Shown in pieces: positions 44,231 to 56,368 of a DNA stretch of 64,000 bases. The DNA comes from the human T2T-CHM13v2.0 reference genome, Homo sapiens, in the NCBI RefSeq assembly GCF_009914755.1, contig NC_060931.1; one strand, written 5' to 3'. The translations under genes were made by a program, and so were the position numbers. Below the pieces are notes generated by a model. It ran no database searches, was not told the DNA's origin, and saw only the letters and a list, made by a program, of their open reading frames with translations. The first letter of the stretch is position 1. Each line of letters begins with the position of its first letter.

Positions 44231-45369
44231 CTATCTGAGTTGTTACAAGTACTGGAAAAAAAAAAAAAAGCGTTGTTTTTTTCCAAAGCCCATGAAGGCT
44301 AAGTTATTTGCCCAGGGAATATGGTGGCAGAGTTAGGCTAAAAATTAAATGTTGGATATTCCAGTCCATGTTATTGTTACTACACTGTGAAACTATTCTC
44401 CAATCCCCAGAATTAGTCTCAAACTCACTACTCTCCTCAGAGCAAAAACATACCACCTATGTGTGAATCTAAATCATTTTGCCTGGGCTACTTTACTCAT
44501 CTTTGTGACTTCAAATAATACTTTCTGCTGAAGAAATCTAAATCTGTATTTTTACCCCATACCTCTCTACTAAACTCCTAAACCGTATATAAAATTGCCT
44601 ATTGTAATTACCATTTTTATATTTTTTCTACCTCACAGGCTTCAATCTTAATATGTCAAAAAACAGAATTTATTATCTCTATTCCTTTTTCATTGCCTCT
44701 GAATCTGTATTTCTGCCTTGTCACGCAAGCCAGAAATCTGGGAATTCTCCTAGAAAACTCTCATTTATTGTTAACGATATGGATATTGCTTAGATTATTT
44801 CTTCATAAACTCTGTATTAATTTTTAAAATTGTATTCTAATTCAGCTTTCAAACCCACATCTGTCTTTTATTCAAAGCTAATCAAAATAATAATAGCTAT
44901 TATTTACTAAGATTAGTTGTGTCTTTCTTAAGGTTTTATTTTTTAAACACTTTACCTCATGTAACCCTCTCAATATCTCCATGAGTTGGGTACTATAAAT
45001 GTCTACATATGACATATGAAAACAAATCCAATACAACCTATTAGGCCATATGACAAGAGTTACAGATAAGTCCGACTGTAGAGCTAGGATTTAAACCAAC
45101 TGCACCTCATTTCTGCAACAGTCGACATAACATTCTGCTTCTCCTTGTATATTCCCTCCACTTACCAATCTAAAGTTTCACAGTTTTTATACAATCACAC
45201 AGAAACCTCTTTATATGATTGATACTTAAGGCCCTCTAAGCTGTGACCTCTGTTTGACTCTCAGGCTTATTTTTAGCCTATTCACAGATTATGTTTAGTT
45301 ATATTGAACTCTTTCATATCTTCATTTCTTGGCCTTTGCTTCCTCCAACTCCAACGTGATGGCTGCCTT

Positions 45370-46309
45370 GAGGGCCAGCTACATAATTTGTGGGAATCGG
45401 TGCCAAATAAAAATTCAAGGCCCCTTGTTCAAAAAGCAAGAAAAGAGTGCTGTTAGTAGTATTAAAATATAAAGCTTTTTTCTTTCTTCTATGGTATTTT
45501 TCTAGACAAGTTACGTTTCTTTTATTTTCTATTTAATTTCATTCTGAAACAATTTAAATTAAAAACTTTTAGCAAGACTTTTCTTCATTCATCTTTACAT
45601 TGCATAATGTCAGTTTTAAAGGTAAAAGAGCAGTATGTCAAATCATCAAAAGTATACAGTTCACATTTTGTAGCTCATATGTGCATTATGTATTTCTTTC
45701 TTACCAAAACAGAGGAAATGCTTCACAAAAGCAATTCAACTGCTTTCATTTTACCTCTTGATATGCAAACAATCTACCAACACTCTACCTTTGACTTGGT
45801 GATGAGTAGGAAAGGTCTGAAAGGAAAAGGACGTATGATTTGCCCTGTCTTTTGTTTCCTCTTTATGTCATCATTTTCAGCATAAATGATTGGAAGTAGC
45901 TTCAGTAATAAAGGAAGTAGCTTAAGTAATAAAGGATACAGCGTTCTTTGGTCATTTGTGTTTCTTGAAGCATGATTAATAATTTTCTTTCTGCTTTTGA
46001 ATGAAGTTTTGGTTTGGAAAGAAAACAAGACAACAATGTCATATGCTTACTTCTTTATTCAGAGTCTTGCTAAATTCTGATCATGGGTTCACTAGAATGC
46101 AGTATTCATGGGGCATTGTGAACTTCATGTGAAAATTGGGGTGCAAGGAACAGTGGGCCTGGTTAGTATGAATATCCTTGACATATGTGCTCTATTGTCA
46201 CTTTGGATTTCACTTACAAAATATAAGTTCAAAGATATAATTATTAAGAATTTTAAGATGGTCACAGCAGATCATTAAACCAAGGGCAAGGCCCTTGAAA
46301 TTGGCTCTG
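45370..46309 (-). mobile_element. MER45B-like hAT non-autonomous DNA transposon inserted in an L2 remnant
   Basis: agggccagctacataatttgtggg...aaggccccttgttc at the left and ttattaagaattttaagatgg...cattaaaccaag at the right; TSD gctgcctt/gctgcctg at 45362-45369 and 46310-46317. Confidence 0.8.
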
Positions 46310-46612
46310 GCTGCCTGGTTAAGATCTACTTCTTTTTGAAGACTCAACTTAGCTCAAACTTTATTTTGTCTTGGAGCAGTCCCTGAATTCCCATTTGTAA
46401 AATTAACCACAATCTCTCTGATCCCAAACTGTACCGTAAGTAGTCATCTGTCTTAGCATGCATCATTAATATGTTAGGTCTACTAGCCACTCTTCCTACA
46501 AGATTTTAAGACCTTGACAGTGGAAAACTTGCTTTATTTATAGTTGTAATTTTCCTCTCAGCAGAAAATGTGTTGAATAAATAAATAAACTGATATCTAA
46601 CTGTAGCTATAG

Positions 46613-46902
46613 TGATATGGTTTGGCTGGTGAGAGGCAATTGAATCATGGTGCAGGTCTTTCCCATGCTGCTTTTGTGATAGTGAGTAAGTCTCATGAGA
46701 TCTGATGGTTTTACAAAGAGGAGTTACCCTGCACACACTCTCTTTTTGCCTGCCACCATGTAAGATGTGCCTTTTGCCATCTGCCATAATTGTGAGTCCT
46801 CTCCAGCCAAGTGGAACTGTGAGTCCACTGAAACTCTTTTTATTTATAAATAACCCAGTCTTGAGTATGTCTTTATCGGCAGCATAAAAATGGACCAATA
46901 TA
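46613..46902 (+). mobile_element. THE1 (C/D-like) solo LTR with an internal deletion near its 5' end
   Basis: tgatatggtttggctg...acccagtcttgagtatgtctttatcggcagc; perfect TSD tatag at 46608-46612 and 46903-46907; only ~290 bp. Confidence 0.9.
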
Positions 46903-47041
46903 TATAGTGATTTGTATCTCAAGTCCAAATTCTTAAATCTATAACTTTTTTTCTATATTAATCTTTAATACTAAGCAATATTATGCTTTGAGGCTAAGTT
47001 ATTAGACATTCACAAAAATGTTATGAAGAACTTATGATATA

Positions 47042-47427
47042 TGCTATGGACTGAATGTGCCCTCCCAATATTCTCATGTTGAAGCTACTACTCCCAGAGT
47101 TATGTTATTTGGCTGTGGGGTCTTTGGGAGATAATTAGGTATACACAGGGTTTTAAGGATGGGGCCCTCATGATGAGATGAGTGCTTTTACTAAAAGAAG
47201 AAGCAATGAGAGCATGCACCCCCAACCCTGCCCACAAAGTCAAGACACCACAGGAAGATAGCCATCTGCCATCTACAAACCAGGAGGGGTGCTCTTACCA
47301 GGAATTGATTCTGCTGGCTCCTTTATCTTTGACTTTCCAGCCTCCAGAACTGTGGGAAATAAATTCCTGTTGTTTAAGCCACTTAGTCTATGGTATTTTG
47401 TTATGGCAGACTGAGTTCATTAATACA
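47042..47427 (+). mobile_element. MLT1A-like solo LTR
   Basis: tgctatggactgaatgt...cagcctccagaactgtgggaaataaatt...tggtattttgttatggcag..taataca. Confidence 0.88.
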
Positions 47428-47487
47428 TATATAAACTTCAGTTATGGAATGAGTTAGATAATAAGTAAATATCATTGACATACTATC

Positions 47488-47908
47488 TATATCAGTCAGT
47501 TCTTGCACTGCTGTAAAGAAATATCTGAGACTGGGTAATTTATAAAGAAAAGAGGCTTAATTGTCTCACAGTTCTGCAGGCTGTATAGGAAGCAGGATGC
47601 TGGCAACTACTCAGCTTCTGAGAAGGCCTCAGGAAACGAACAATCATGGTGGAAGGCAAAGGGGGAGCCAGGTCTTCACATGGCCAGAGCAGGAGGAAGA
47701 TAGAGATGGGGGGATGTGCCACACACTTTTAAACAACGAGATCTCATGAAAACTTACTATCATGAGAACAGCACCAAGGAAATGATGCTAAACCATTCAT
47801 GAGAAACTGCTCCCATGATCCAGTCACCTCCCACCAGCCCTTACCTCCAACACTAAGCATGATAATTGAACATGAGGTTTGGGCAGGACACATATTCAAA
47901 CCATATCA
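47488..47908 (-). mobile_element. MST (A/B-like) solo LTR
   Basis: gttcttgcactgctgtaaagaaatatctgagactgggtaatttataaagaaaagagg...caaaccatatca. Confidence 0.9.
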
Positions 47909-50900
47909 CTCTTTGATTCTTACTTTATTGTCTTATTCTGTTTAAATACCAAATTATTTTCGTTAAGTTAAACAGTAATTATCTGCTATTCTCCCATTTT
48001 GTTACTCAGTAGACATACATAAATAGTAGCGACAAAGTGCTATTTTGAAAGAGTCATAAAATTTGTCAAGATTGTATACACACTCACATCCACATCCACA
48101 TTCACCACCCTTCCCACACACATGTTTAAATTCCATGGGTTTTAGTGATGATCAATATAATAAATAATGTGTGGGTTTAAAAAATCTTCAAATGTAAAAA
48201 TAATCAAATAAATTTATTTAATTCTCAACAAGAGTTTTATAATTCAAAATATCTTTACTTGGGTGCACAGCATGGAATTTATATGTATGTAAATGTATAT
48301 CTAAGCAAATGTATGTATGTATAAATTATATATATATACGCAAATATGCATAGGCATACATACAAATCTATCTATCTCTCTACTGATTGATCGAGAAAGA
48401 ATTCCATAGTATTCGTTATTGTTTAATGTAATTATTTTGGTGGAATTATTGATTTTTTAATTAATTAGAAACATATACAATAAGATATTTTTGACAAGTC
48501 TTATAGAGAGTGGCCCAAAGAGTATATTTTAAGAAGAGATTCTGCTTTATCTTTGTGCCTAGAACTTTAAATTTACTAGAGTTTCATCATGTTACAATTC
48601 ATTTAGGTTCATAGATATAGCAAAGAACATGTATCTGTGGAGATAAATACAGAGATAAATGTAAACATATGTAAACAAATTTTCTGTCAGGTAAATGTTT
48701 CTCTGTTTAAACCTGAAGATGAATGATTTTGAAACATAACTCACTCATTCTTTCTAAAAAGCCTGGTCCACTTTGAATGACACTTGTTTTTCACACACAG
48801 TTTTACATTTGCTGCCTAAGTGTAAATATGTAATCTCTTAACAGATTGGATATATTTTTCATCCAAAATACTTCTTTAGTGGGAAACTCTATTCAGAGTA
48901 AAAGAAAATCTCACCATATTGTGGGAACACATTTCTAAATACCGTGTCAGACAAATATTTTCAAAACACATCATGCTGTTAGTTTAAAATTAGGCCTGGC
49001 CTACAAAACTGTAGGAAAGTACAGCTCTTATCATTCAGCTCAGTGCAATCTGCCCCAAATTTCAGATTCAGTTAGGCCAATCGCCTGGCCGTTCCAGCCA
49101 AAAGCTTCCCACCTTCCACCTCTGATACAGAACAAGTCTCTCTGCTCAAATAGAACTTGTTAGGTTCTCCTAAGGTCACACTGAAATTCTTATCAAAAAT
49201 TAGATGTGCATACTTTAATGAGAGTGACCAGTAATTGAAGCCATTTTCTCAAGGTGGTGCTACCAAGTTACTAAAGGAATTAGATACCGGAATTATCAAT
49301 GACTTCTCTGACCTGAAAAGGAAGTTGAGGATTGATTTACTTATTTTCATATGACAGAGAAATAAGTCCTTCTGTTGAGAGGGATAAGTGATAAATATTT
49401 ATATACTTCTACTACCATCTTATAGATATGCAGAAGTGTTATTTGTATTGTTCTACTGACATAATGAAATAAAGCTGGGACATTAAATTCGAATCACTGA
49501 AAAGAATGACCAAGAATTTGGTATGGCAAACTTGGATGGAATATTGGCAAAAGAAACAAGTATCTTATCACATAAGCAGACTGATATCAGGAAGCTGTAA
49601 GTCAAGGACCTTGACACTTACGATGCCTTTTCCAATCCCCTTTTGATGATGCCAGAGTGGAAGACCCTCCTACTGCAGCATTTTCTCTTGGTTGTGTAGA
49701 TGCCAGCAGTAACTTTAGCATGTTGCGAAGTGTCCTCAGCTGTAGAACGGGATCTTGCTGAATGGCTGCACGTGCAGATATGCAATGAAATCTTGTTGAA
49801 TGAATTTACTCACATTTGGCAAGACCAGCAATCCCAGGCTATATCTTTTTTAAAAAATATAGGTTGACAATTTTATCAAGCTACATGTCAAACTAATAAT
49901 ATTTTATATTTTTCTATAAATAATTAATATCAAAATGAAAATGAATCAATTAAAAATCCTAAGTAATGTTTGGCTATTCCTTAAAGTATGATTAAATTTT
50001 ATTTGATAAACTTTTAGTGTTCAGTCTTTCTAATTTATTGCAGTATGAATACAAAAATTATCAATTTTCTATTCTGCATTAACATGGATGTTTTCTTACA
50101 TCTGTCTGCACTAAGAAGGTGTAAATGGTGTATAAAATAACAGTCAGTAACATTCTAAACATTAAACCTGTCTGAGAGAATTAAAATGTAATAATGCTAA
50201 ATATTAGAGCAGTACATGAATACTGAAATATAGTAAACATACACGAAAAACAATGGCCTGGTAAGATGATGATGCGTATTATTAGCATGAAATAACAAAT
50301 CCTTATGTGATTACTACTCAAATCTTTTGGAAAATTATGGATCTCCAAAGGTATTTTTAGTTTATTTCAGTAGAAAGATATCTTCACACCCACACAAAAT
50401 TTTTCATGTATCTAAATGTTTTGTGAAATTATATGGTGCAATGAAATTACAATGCTAAAATCTTAGGTTCATGTTTTAATGGAAATAACAGCAAAATAGA
50501 AAACATTTGCGGAAAAATGCTAATTTTATATAAAGTTATGAGTCATATCTCAAGAAAGTCTATGGATTTAAAATATTTATATGTGTCAAACATGTATTCA
50601 AATCAGTTTACTCATTGAAAAATTAATATTCACTAAACTACCATATTTTTTCCAACAGAACAAATTAATATCCTTGATCAGAATAATTATCTGATAGTGT
50701 AGTATAGTCTTAGTATACTGTATTGTATCTCAAAGAATAATATAATATGGTATCACATAATTTTGCATAATATTTATCTTTTGTTATAAGTTTACCAACT
50801 GGTGAACAAGGGAAACTTGCTTGAAAAAAGATTTCTTAAGATAATAGTATGGAAATGATAATATGTCCACAACTTAAGCCACCAGCTTTGCACCATGGTT

Positions 50901-51499
50901 TTCTTCTTTTAAAAATAAAACTATCCGGCGTTTGCTTTAAATTATTCTGAGGGCAAATGCTCTTTTCATGAAAGCCAGCTGTGCCGAGTCAATGAAAATA
51001 TGTGTCATATCACAGTTTACTGAAGGGACAAAGCCAAAAACAAAACCTTTTGCTGAACTAATTAATTGTGAATCAAAGCTTCATCAGAGACTATTCTCTG
51101 TTGCTGTAAGAAAATCTTCTAAGTACATGGAATAGTTTAACAGCATGACATTTTTAAATATATATATATATGGCATATGTATATATTTGGCATATATATA
51201 TATATGAGAGAGAGAGAGAGGTGAAAGCAAATACAGCACTGACAAACTATAATCTACTGAAAAATGGTCATTTTTAATACCTGAAATACTGCAAATTAAG
51301 AGCTTGTATTTGTGTAGATTATAGTCTAGTTGCAAATCAGTCCCAATGGCCTTGAGTGGTTACATCATTAAGAGTACATATTCATATTGGCGGGTAAGCA
51401 CTACTTCCTTGGATTTAAGAAGTCATTTCAGCAAAAATTCAATTTCAGGCAATCTAAGGCAGGTTCTGTAAGTGAGGCATCATGGGAAAATACAATATC

Positions 51500-51625
51500 A
51501 AGGTTGCTGTGTTACAAAGCTTCAGGGGGCACCATTTATATACATTATTAATGTGACTCTTTAATCATAATATATAATCTTCTCTGAATAAAGTCCCCTG
51601 AGGCAGTGCACTACACACTCTAGGT
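51500..51625. mobile_element. Possible MER91-like palindromic MITE
   Basis: tcaggggg(c)acc ... gtcccctga imperfect inverted arms around an AT-rich spacer. Confidence 0.4.
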
Positions 51626-51689
51626 AGTCATATGTAGTGGCCTTTTTCAACAAAAACAACAATTGCTTAGAAAGGACACTATGGGAATG

Positions 51690-52250
51690 CAGGGATGGGG
51701 AAAGAAAAACTTGACACTTCTGGGAAGAGTCAAAGTTTTAGAGAGGAGGTAATCCTTTTGCTTGGCGTTGAACCATAACAAGGGATTTTTTTTTTCTAGG
51801 GTGAGATGGGAAAGATATATTCTGGCAGAAAGGACATGTGCAAAGGCAAGAAAGCTGAAGTTGTATGTTCAGAAAGTGACAAGAGATTAAGCATGGCTCT
51901 GGTAGGGAAGAGTGGGTAGGGATTGATATTGGTATATATAGGTAAGGGTTAATATTGAGGGATTTTGTGGAATATAATTGGGAGAATGACGCCATCATTT
52001 TTGTAGTCTGGGAAAAATATCAGTCTGGCCACAGTGTTAAAATAGAATGGAGAAACTAGATAGAGTGAAACAAATCAGGAGTTTTGCCATAGTTGAAGCA
52101 ATAAACGATAAGGACGGTAGCCTTGTCTGTCTTTTTCATCATTATATTCCCAGTGACAAGAATAGTGCTTGGAACAGAGAGTTGAACTAATGTGCAGACA
52201 GGAGGAGGGATCCAAGATGTATCTAGAAAAATAGAGCTGACAGGACTTGA
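51690..52250 (-). mobile_element. L2 fragments
   Basis: ggcagaaaggacatgtgcaaaggcaaga-type antisense L2 motifs. Confidence 0.5.
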
Positions 52251-52429
52251 AGTTCCAATGGATTGGTTCAGAACACTGCAAACTACATTTTATGCCAAGC
52301 AATATTAAGTTAAGTGCGACTGATATTTGGCCCAAAGTCCAGCCGTTGTTTCTGGTCAAATTACAGTGGCCCAAACACCCAAACTGTTCAAACTTAGTCA
52401 CTTTCCACAAATGTTTACAATGTATTTCT

Positions 52430-52640
52430 GAGTGTATCCAACTTGAGCCAGCGTTTACTGATTGACATACCCTTTTGTGTTCACCTCTTCTGAACTCTGT
52501 ATCAAACTACTTCATGTTGGTAATTTGAAATCGCCCATATGGGACCATTTACACAATGAAAATTGGCAAATGCTACAAACTAGGGTTTTGTTTTTTCCCC
52601 GAAATTCAGTTTTTAGACCTTTATCAACATATCATTTACT
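52430..52640 (+). mobile_element. MER63-like fragment
   Basis: atttacacaatgaaaattggcaaatgctacaaactaggg. Confidence 0.6.
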
Positions 52641-52824
52641 ACATGAAATCTGTGCTTCTCCTTTCCTGACCTTCCTTCTGCAATTACTCAGCAATTTCCA
52701 CAAATTATGAAGCCTCAGCAACCATACATTCAGAGCTCTTATCGTCCAGTATTCCAAAGCCACCAACTTCAGAGTATCACAGCAGTGCAGGAATCTGGCT
52801 CAAAAAATATGCTTTTCTTTGATG

Positions 52825-55800
52825 TTTAATTTTTTAATTTTTAATTTTTATGGAGGTAAATTGTACATACTTATGGGGCAATGTGATATTTTAACACCAG
52901 CATATAATTTGTAATGATCAAATCTGGGCAATTGGGATATCCATTATCACAAACATTTATCATCACTTTGTGTTGGAAATATTTCACATCTTCCCTTCTA
53001 GTTATTTTAAAATATGCAATAAGTTACTGTTAAATATAGTTGATCTATTGTGTTACTGAACACTAGATCTTATACCTTCTGTCTAATAGTATTTTTGTAC
53101 CCATTGATCAACCCGTTTTTATCCTTTCTCTCTGCTACATTTCCTAGCGTCTGGTAACAACCATTCTATTCACTATTTCCATGACACCATTTATTTTTGG
53201 TTCCCATATCTGAGTTACAACATGTGATATTTGTCTTTCTGTGCTTGTCTTACTTCACTTAACACATTACCGCCCAGTGCAATCCATGTTGTTGCAAATG
53301 GCAGAATTTTATTCTTTTTTATAGTGAAATAATATTCCATTGTTTATACATTGCACATTTTCTTTGTCTATTCATCTGTTGATAAAAACTTAGGTTGATT
53401 CCGTATCTTTGCTATCATGAATAATGCTACAATAAACGCTAGAGTGCGGATATCTCTTCAATGTAGGTATTTCCTTTCTTTTAAATATGTACCCAGCAGC
53501 AGGAATGCTGGTTTATATGGTGGTTCTACATTTAGTTTTTTGGTGAACCTCCATACTGTTTTCCATAATGGTTGTACCAATTTATAATTTTACCAACAGT
53601 GTATGAGTTTCTTTTTCTCCACATCCTTGCTAGCATCTGTTGTTTTTGTCTTTTTTGATAAACTGGATATGCATATATCATATGCATTTAGCCATTCTAA
53701 TTGGCGTAAGGTGATTGTGTTTTTGATTTGCATATCCCTGATGATTAGTGATGTTGAGCATTTTTTTCACATACCTCTTGGCCATTTGTATATCTTCTTT
53801 TTGAGAAATATATATTCAGATCTTTTGTCCAATATTCATCAGTTTATTTTTTTGGGCTACTGAATTGTTTGAGTTACTTATATATTTTGGTTATTAATCC
53901 TTGCCAGATGATTAGTTTGTAGATATTTTCTCTCATTCTATAGATTGTCTCTTCAATGTGTTGATTGTTTCATTTGCTGTGTAGAAGCCTTTTAGCGTGA
54001 TGTGATTATTTTGTCAATTTTTGTTTGGTTGCCTGTTCCTTTGAGGTTTTACTCAAGAAATCTTAGTCTAGACCAATGTCTTGAAGTGTTTCCCCAATGT
54101 TTTCTTTCATTAGTTTTATAGTTTTGGGCCTTACATTTAAATTTTTAATCCATTTTGAGTTCACTTTTGTATATGTTGAGAGATAGGGGCCAAGTTTCAT
54201 TCTTCTGTATATGCATATCCAGTTTTCCCAGCATCATTTAATGAAGAGACTCTTCCCAATGTATTTTCTTAGTGCCTTTGTTGAAAATGGGTTGGCAATT
54301 AATGTGTGGATTTATTTCTAGGATCTCTGTTCATTTGTCCATGTGTCTGTTTTTATGGCAGTACCATGATGTTTTTGTTACTATAGCTTTGCAGTAAAAT
54401 TTGAAGTCAGGTAATGTGATTCCTCTAGCTTTATTCTTTTTGCTCAGAGTTGCCTTGGTTATTCTGGATCTTTTGTAATGTCATATATATTTTAGGGTCG
54501 TGTTTTCTGTTTCGGTGAAGAATGTCTTTGGCATATTGGAGGGATGGCATTGAATCTGTATACGACCTTTGGTATAGACATTTTAAAACTGTTGATCCAA
54601 CCCATGGGTATAGGATATATTTCCACTTTTTAAGTTCTCTTCAATTATTTTTCATCACTGTTTTATAGTTTTTATTGTAGAGATTTTTTCCTAAGTATTT
54701 TTTGTAGCTATTGTAAATAAGATTGCTTCCTTGATTATTGTTTTCAGATTGTTTGCTGTTAGCATATAAAAATGCTACTAATTTTTGTATGTTGATTTTC
54801 TATCATACAATTTTACTAAACTTATTAGTTCTAATGATTTTTTGTCAGCCTTTAGATTTTTCTAAATATAAGATTATATTATCTATTAATGAGGACAGTT
54901 TGATTTATTCCCTTCCCATTTGGATTCCATTTATTTCTCTTATCTAAGTGCTCTGGCTGGGATTTGAAAGTCCTTGGCCTAGTTTCATTCTTCTGTATAT
55001 GCATACCCAGTTTTCTCAGGGCCACTGAATAGCTGGTGAAAGCAGGAATTTTTGTCTTATCCAGGTTTTAGAGAAAGGCTTTCCACTTTTTTTACATTTA
55101 ATATGAAACTTGCTGTGGTTTGTTATACATGGTCTTTATTGTGTTGGAGTATGTTCCTTTTATACCTAGTTTGTTGAGAGTTTTTACCATGAAGAAATAC
55201 TGAAATTTGTTGGATATTGTCTCTGCACCTATTGAAATGATCATGTGGTTTTTGTCCTTTATTCTATCAATGTCGTGTATCACTTTTGCTTCTCTGTATA
55301 CGTTGAAACATCTTTGGATCCCTGGGGTGATCCCACTTGATCATGATGAATGATCTTTTGAATGTGTTGTTAAACTCAGTTTGCTAGTATTTTGTTGAAG
55401 ATTTTTGCATCCGTGTTCATTAGTAATTTGCCTGTAGTTTTATTTTCTTAGTCTTTGTCTGGTTTTGAAATCAGGGGAATGCTTTCCTTGATAGAACGAG
55501 TTTGAAAGTATTCCCTCCTTGATTTATTGAAATAGTTTGAATAGAATTAATATCTATTCTCACTGATATATATATATATATATATTTTTCAGAACGCAGC
55601 AGTGAAGCCATCAGGTCAGGTCCCAGCTATCCTTTGAAGGGAGACTATTATTGCCTCTATCTCATTAGTTGTTATTGGTCCATTGATGCTTTAACTTTCT
55701 TCATGTTTCAGTCATCATAGGTTGAATGTGTCTAGGAATATACTTATTTATTTTAAATTTTCCAGCTTATTGGCATATAGTTGCTTATAAAGGTCTTTAA

Positions 55801-56150
55801 TGATCATGTGCATTTCTGTGGTATCAGTCTGCCTTTTCATCTCTGATTTTATTTATTTGAGTCTTCTTTTTTTTTGTTAGCCTAGCTAAAGGTTTGTCAA
55901 TTTTATTTTTCTTTTCAAAAAGTCAACTTTTATTGTGTTTTGCCTTGTATTTTTTAAGAGAATTTCATTCATTTCTGTTCTGATCGTTATTAGTTTTTTT
56001 CTTCCACTAATTTTGTGTGTGGCTTGTTCTTTGTTCAGTCTTTAAGTCTTTAAGGTATAGTGTTAAGTTGTTTATTTAAAGCCTTCCCACATTTTGTGTA
56101 GGAGTTTTTTGTTATAAACTTCCCATCTTTCTTTGCTTTTGTATCATAGC
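52825..56150 (-). mobile_element. L1MA (MA4/5-like) ORF2-3'UTR, ~3.3 kb
   Basis: 3' end ttgtacatacttatgggg...gtaatgatcaaatc; minus ORF 55098-55283 [14 protein letters not shown] is an ORF2 RT fragment. Confidence 0.9.
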
Positions 56151-56345
56151 TTACACTCCCAAGTTCTACTTGTTCCAGAGTTTTCTAAAATAACTCATAT
56201 TAGGTACTGCATGAGTCTTTATACCTCGTCCTTCAAACCATAATGACTCACATTTTATCCTAGTGGCTTAGAGATAGGCAGACATCATGAAGGTCCCTCT
56301 TGTCCTTCTTTCTCAGACTCTGCTACTCAACATTTACACTCTGCA

Positions 56346-56368
56346 ACCACCACCACCACCACCACCAC
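56346..56368. repeat. (CCA)n microsatellite
   Basis: Directly visible. Confidence 0.85.

Noticed and set aside
49500-49601. Short open frame ending at a gtaagt donor-like site
   Set aside because: No good upstream acceptor, an in-frame stop lies just upstream, and the peptide is not recognisable.
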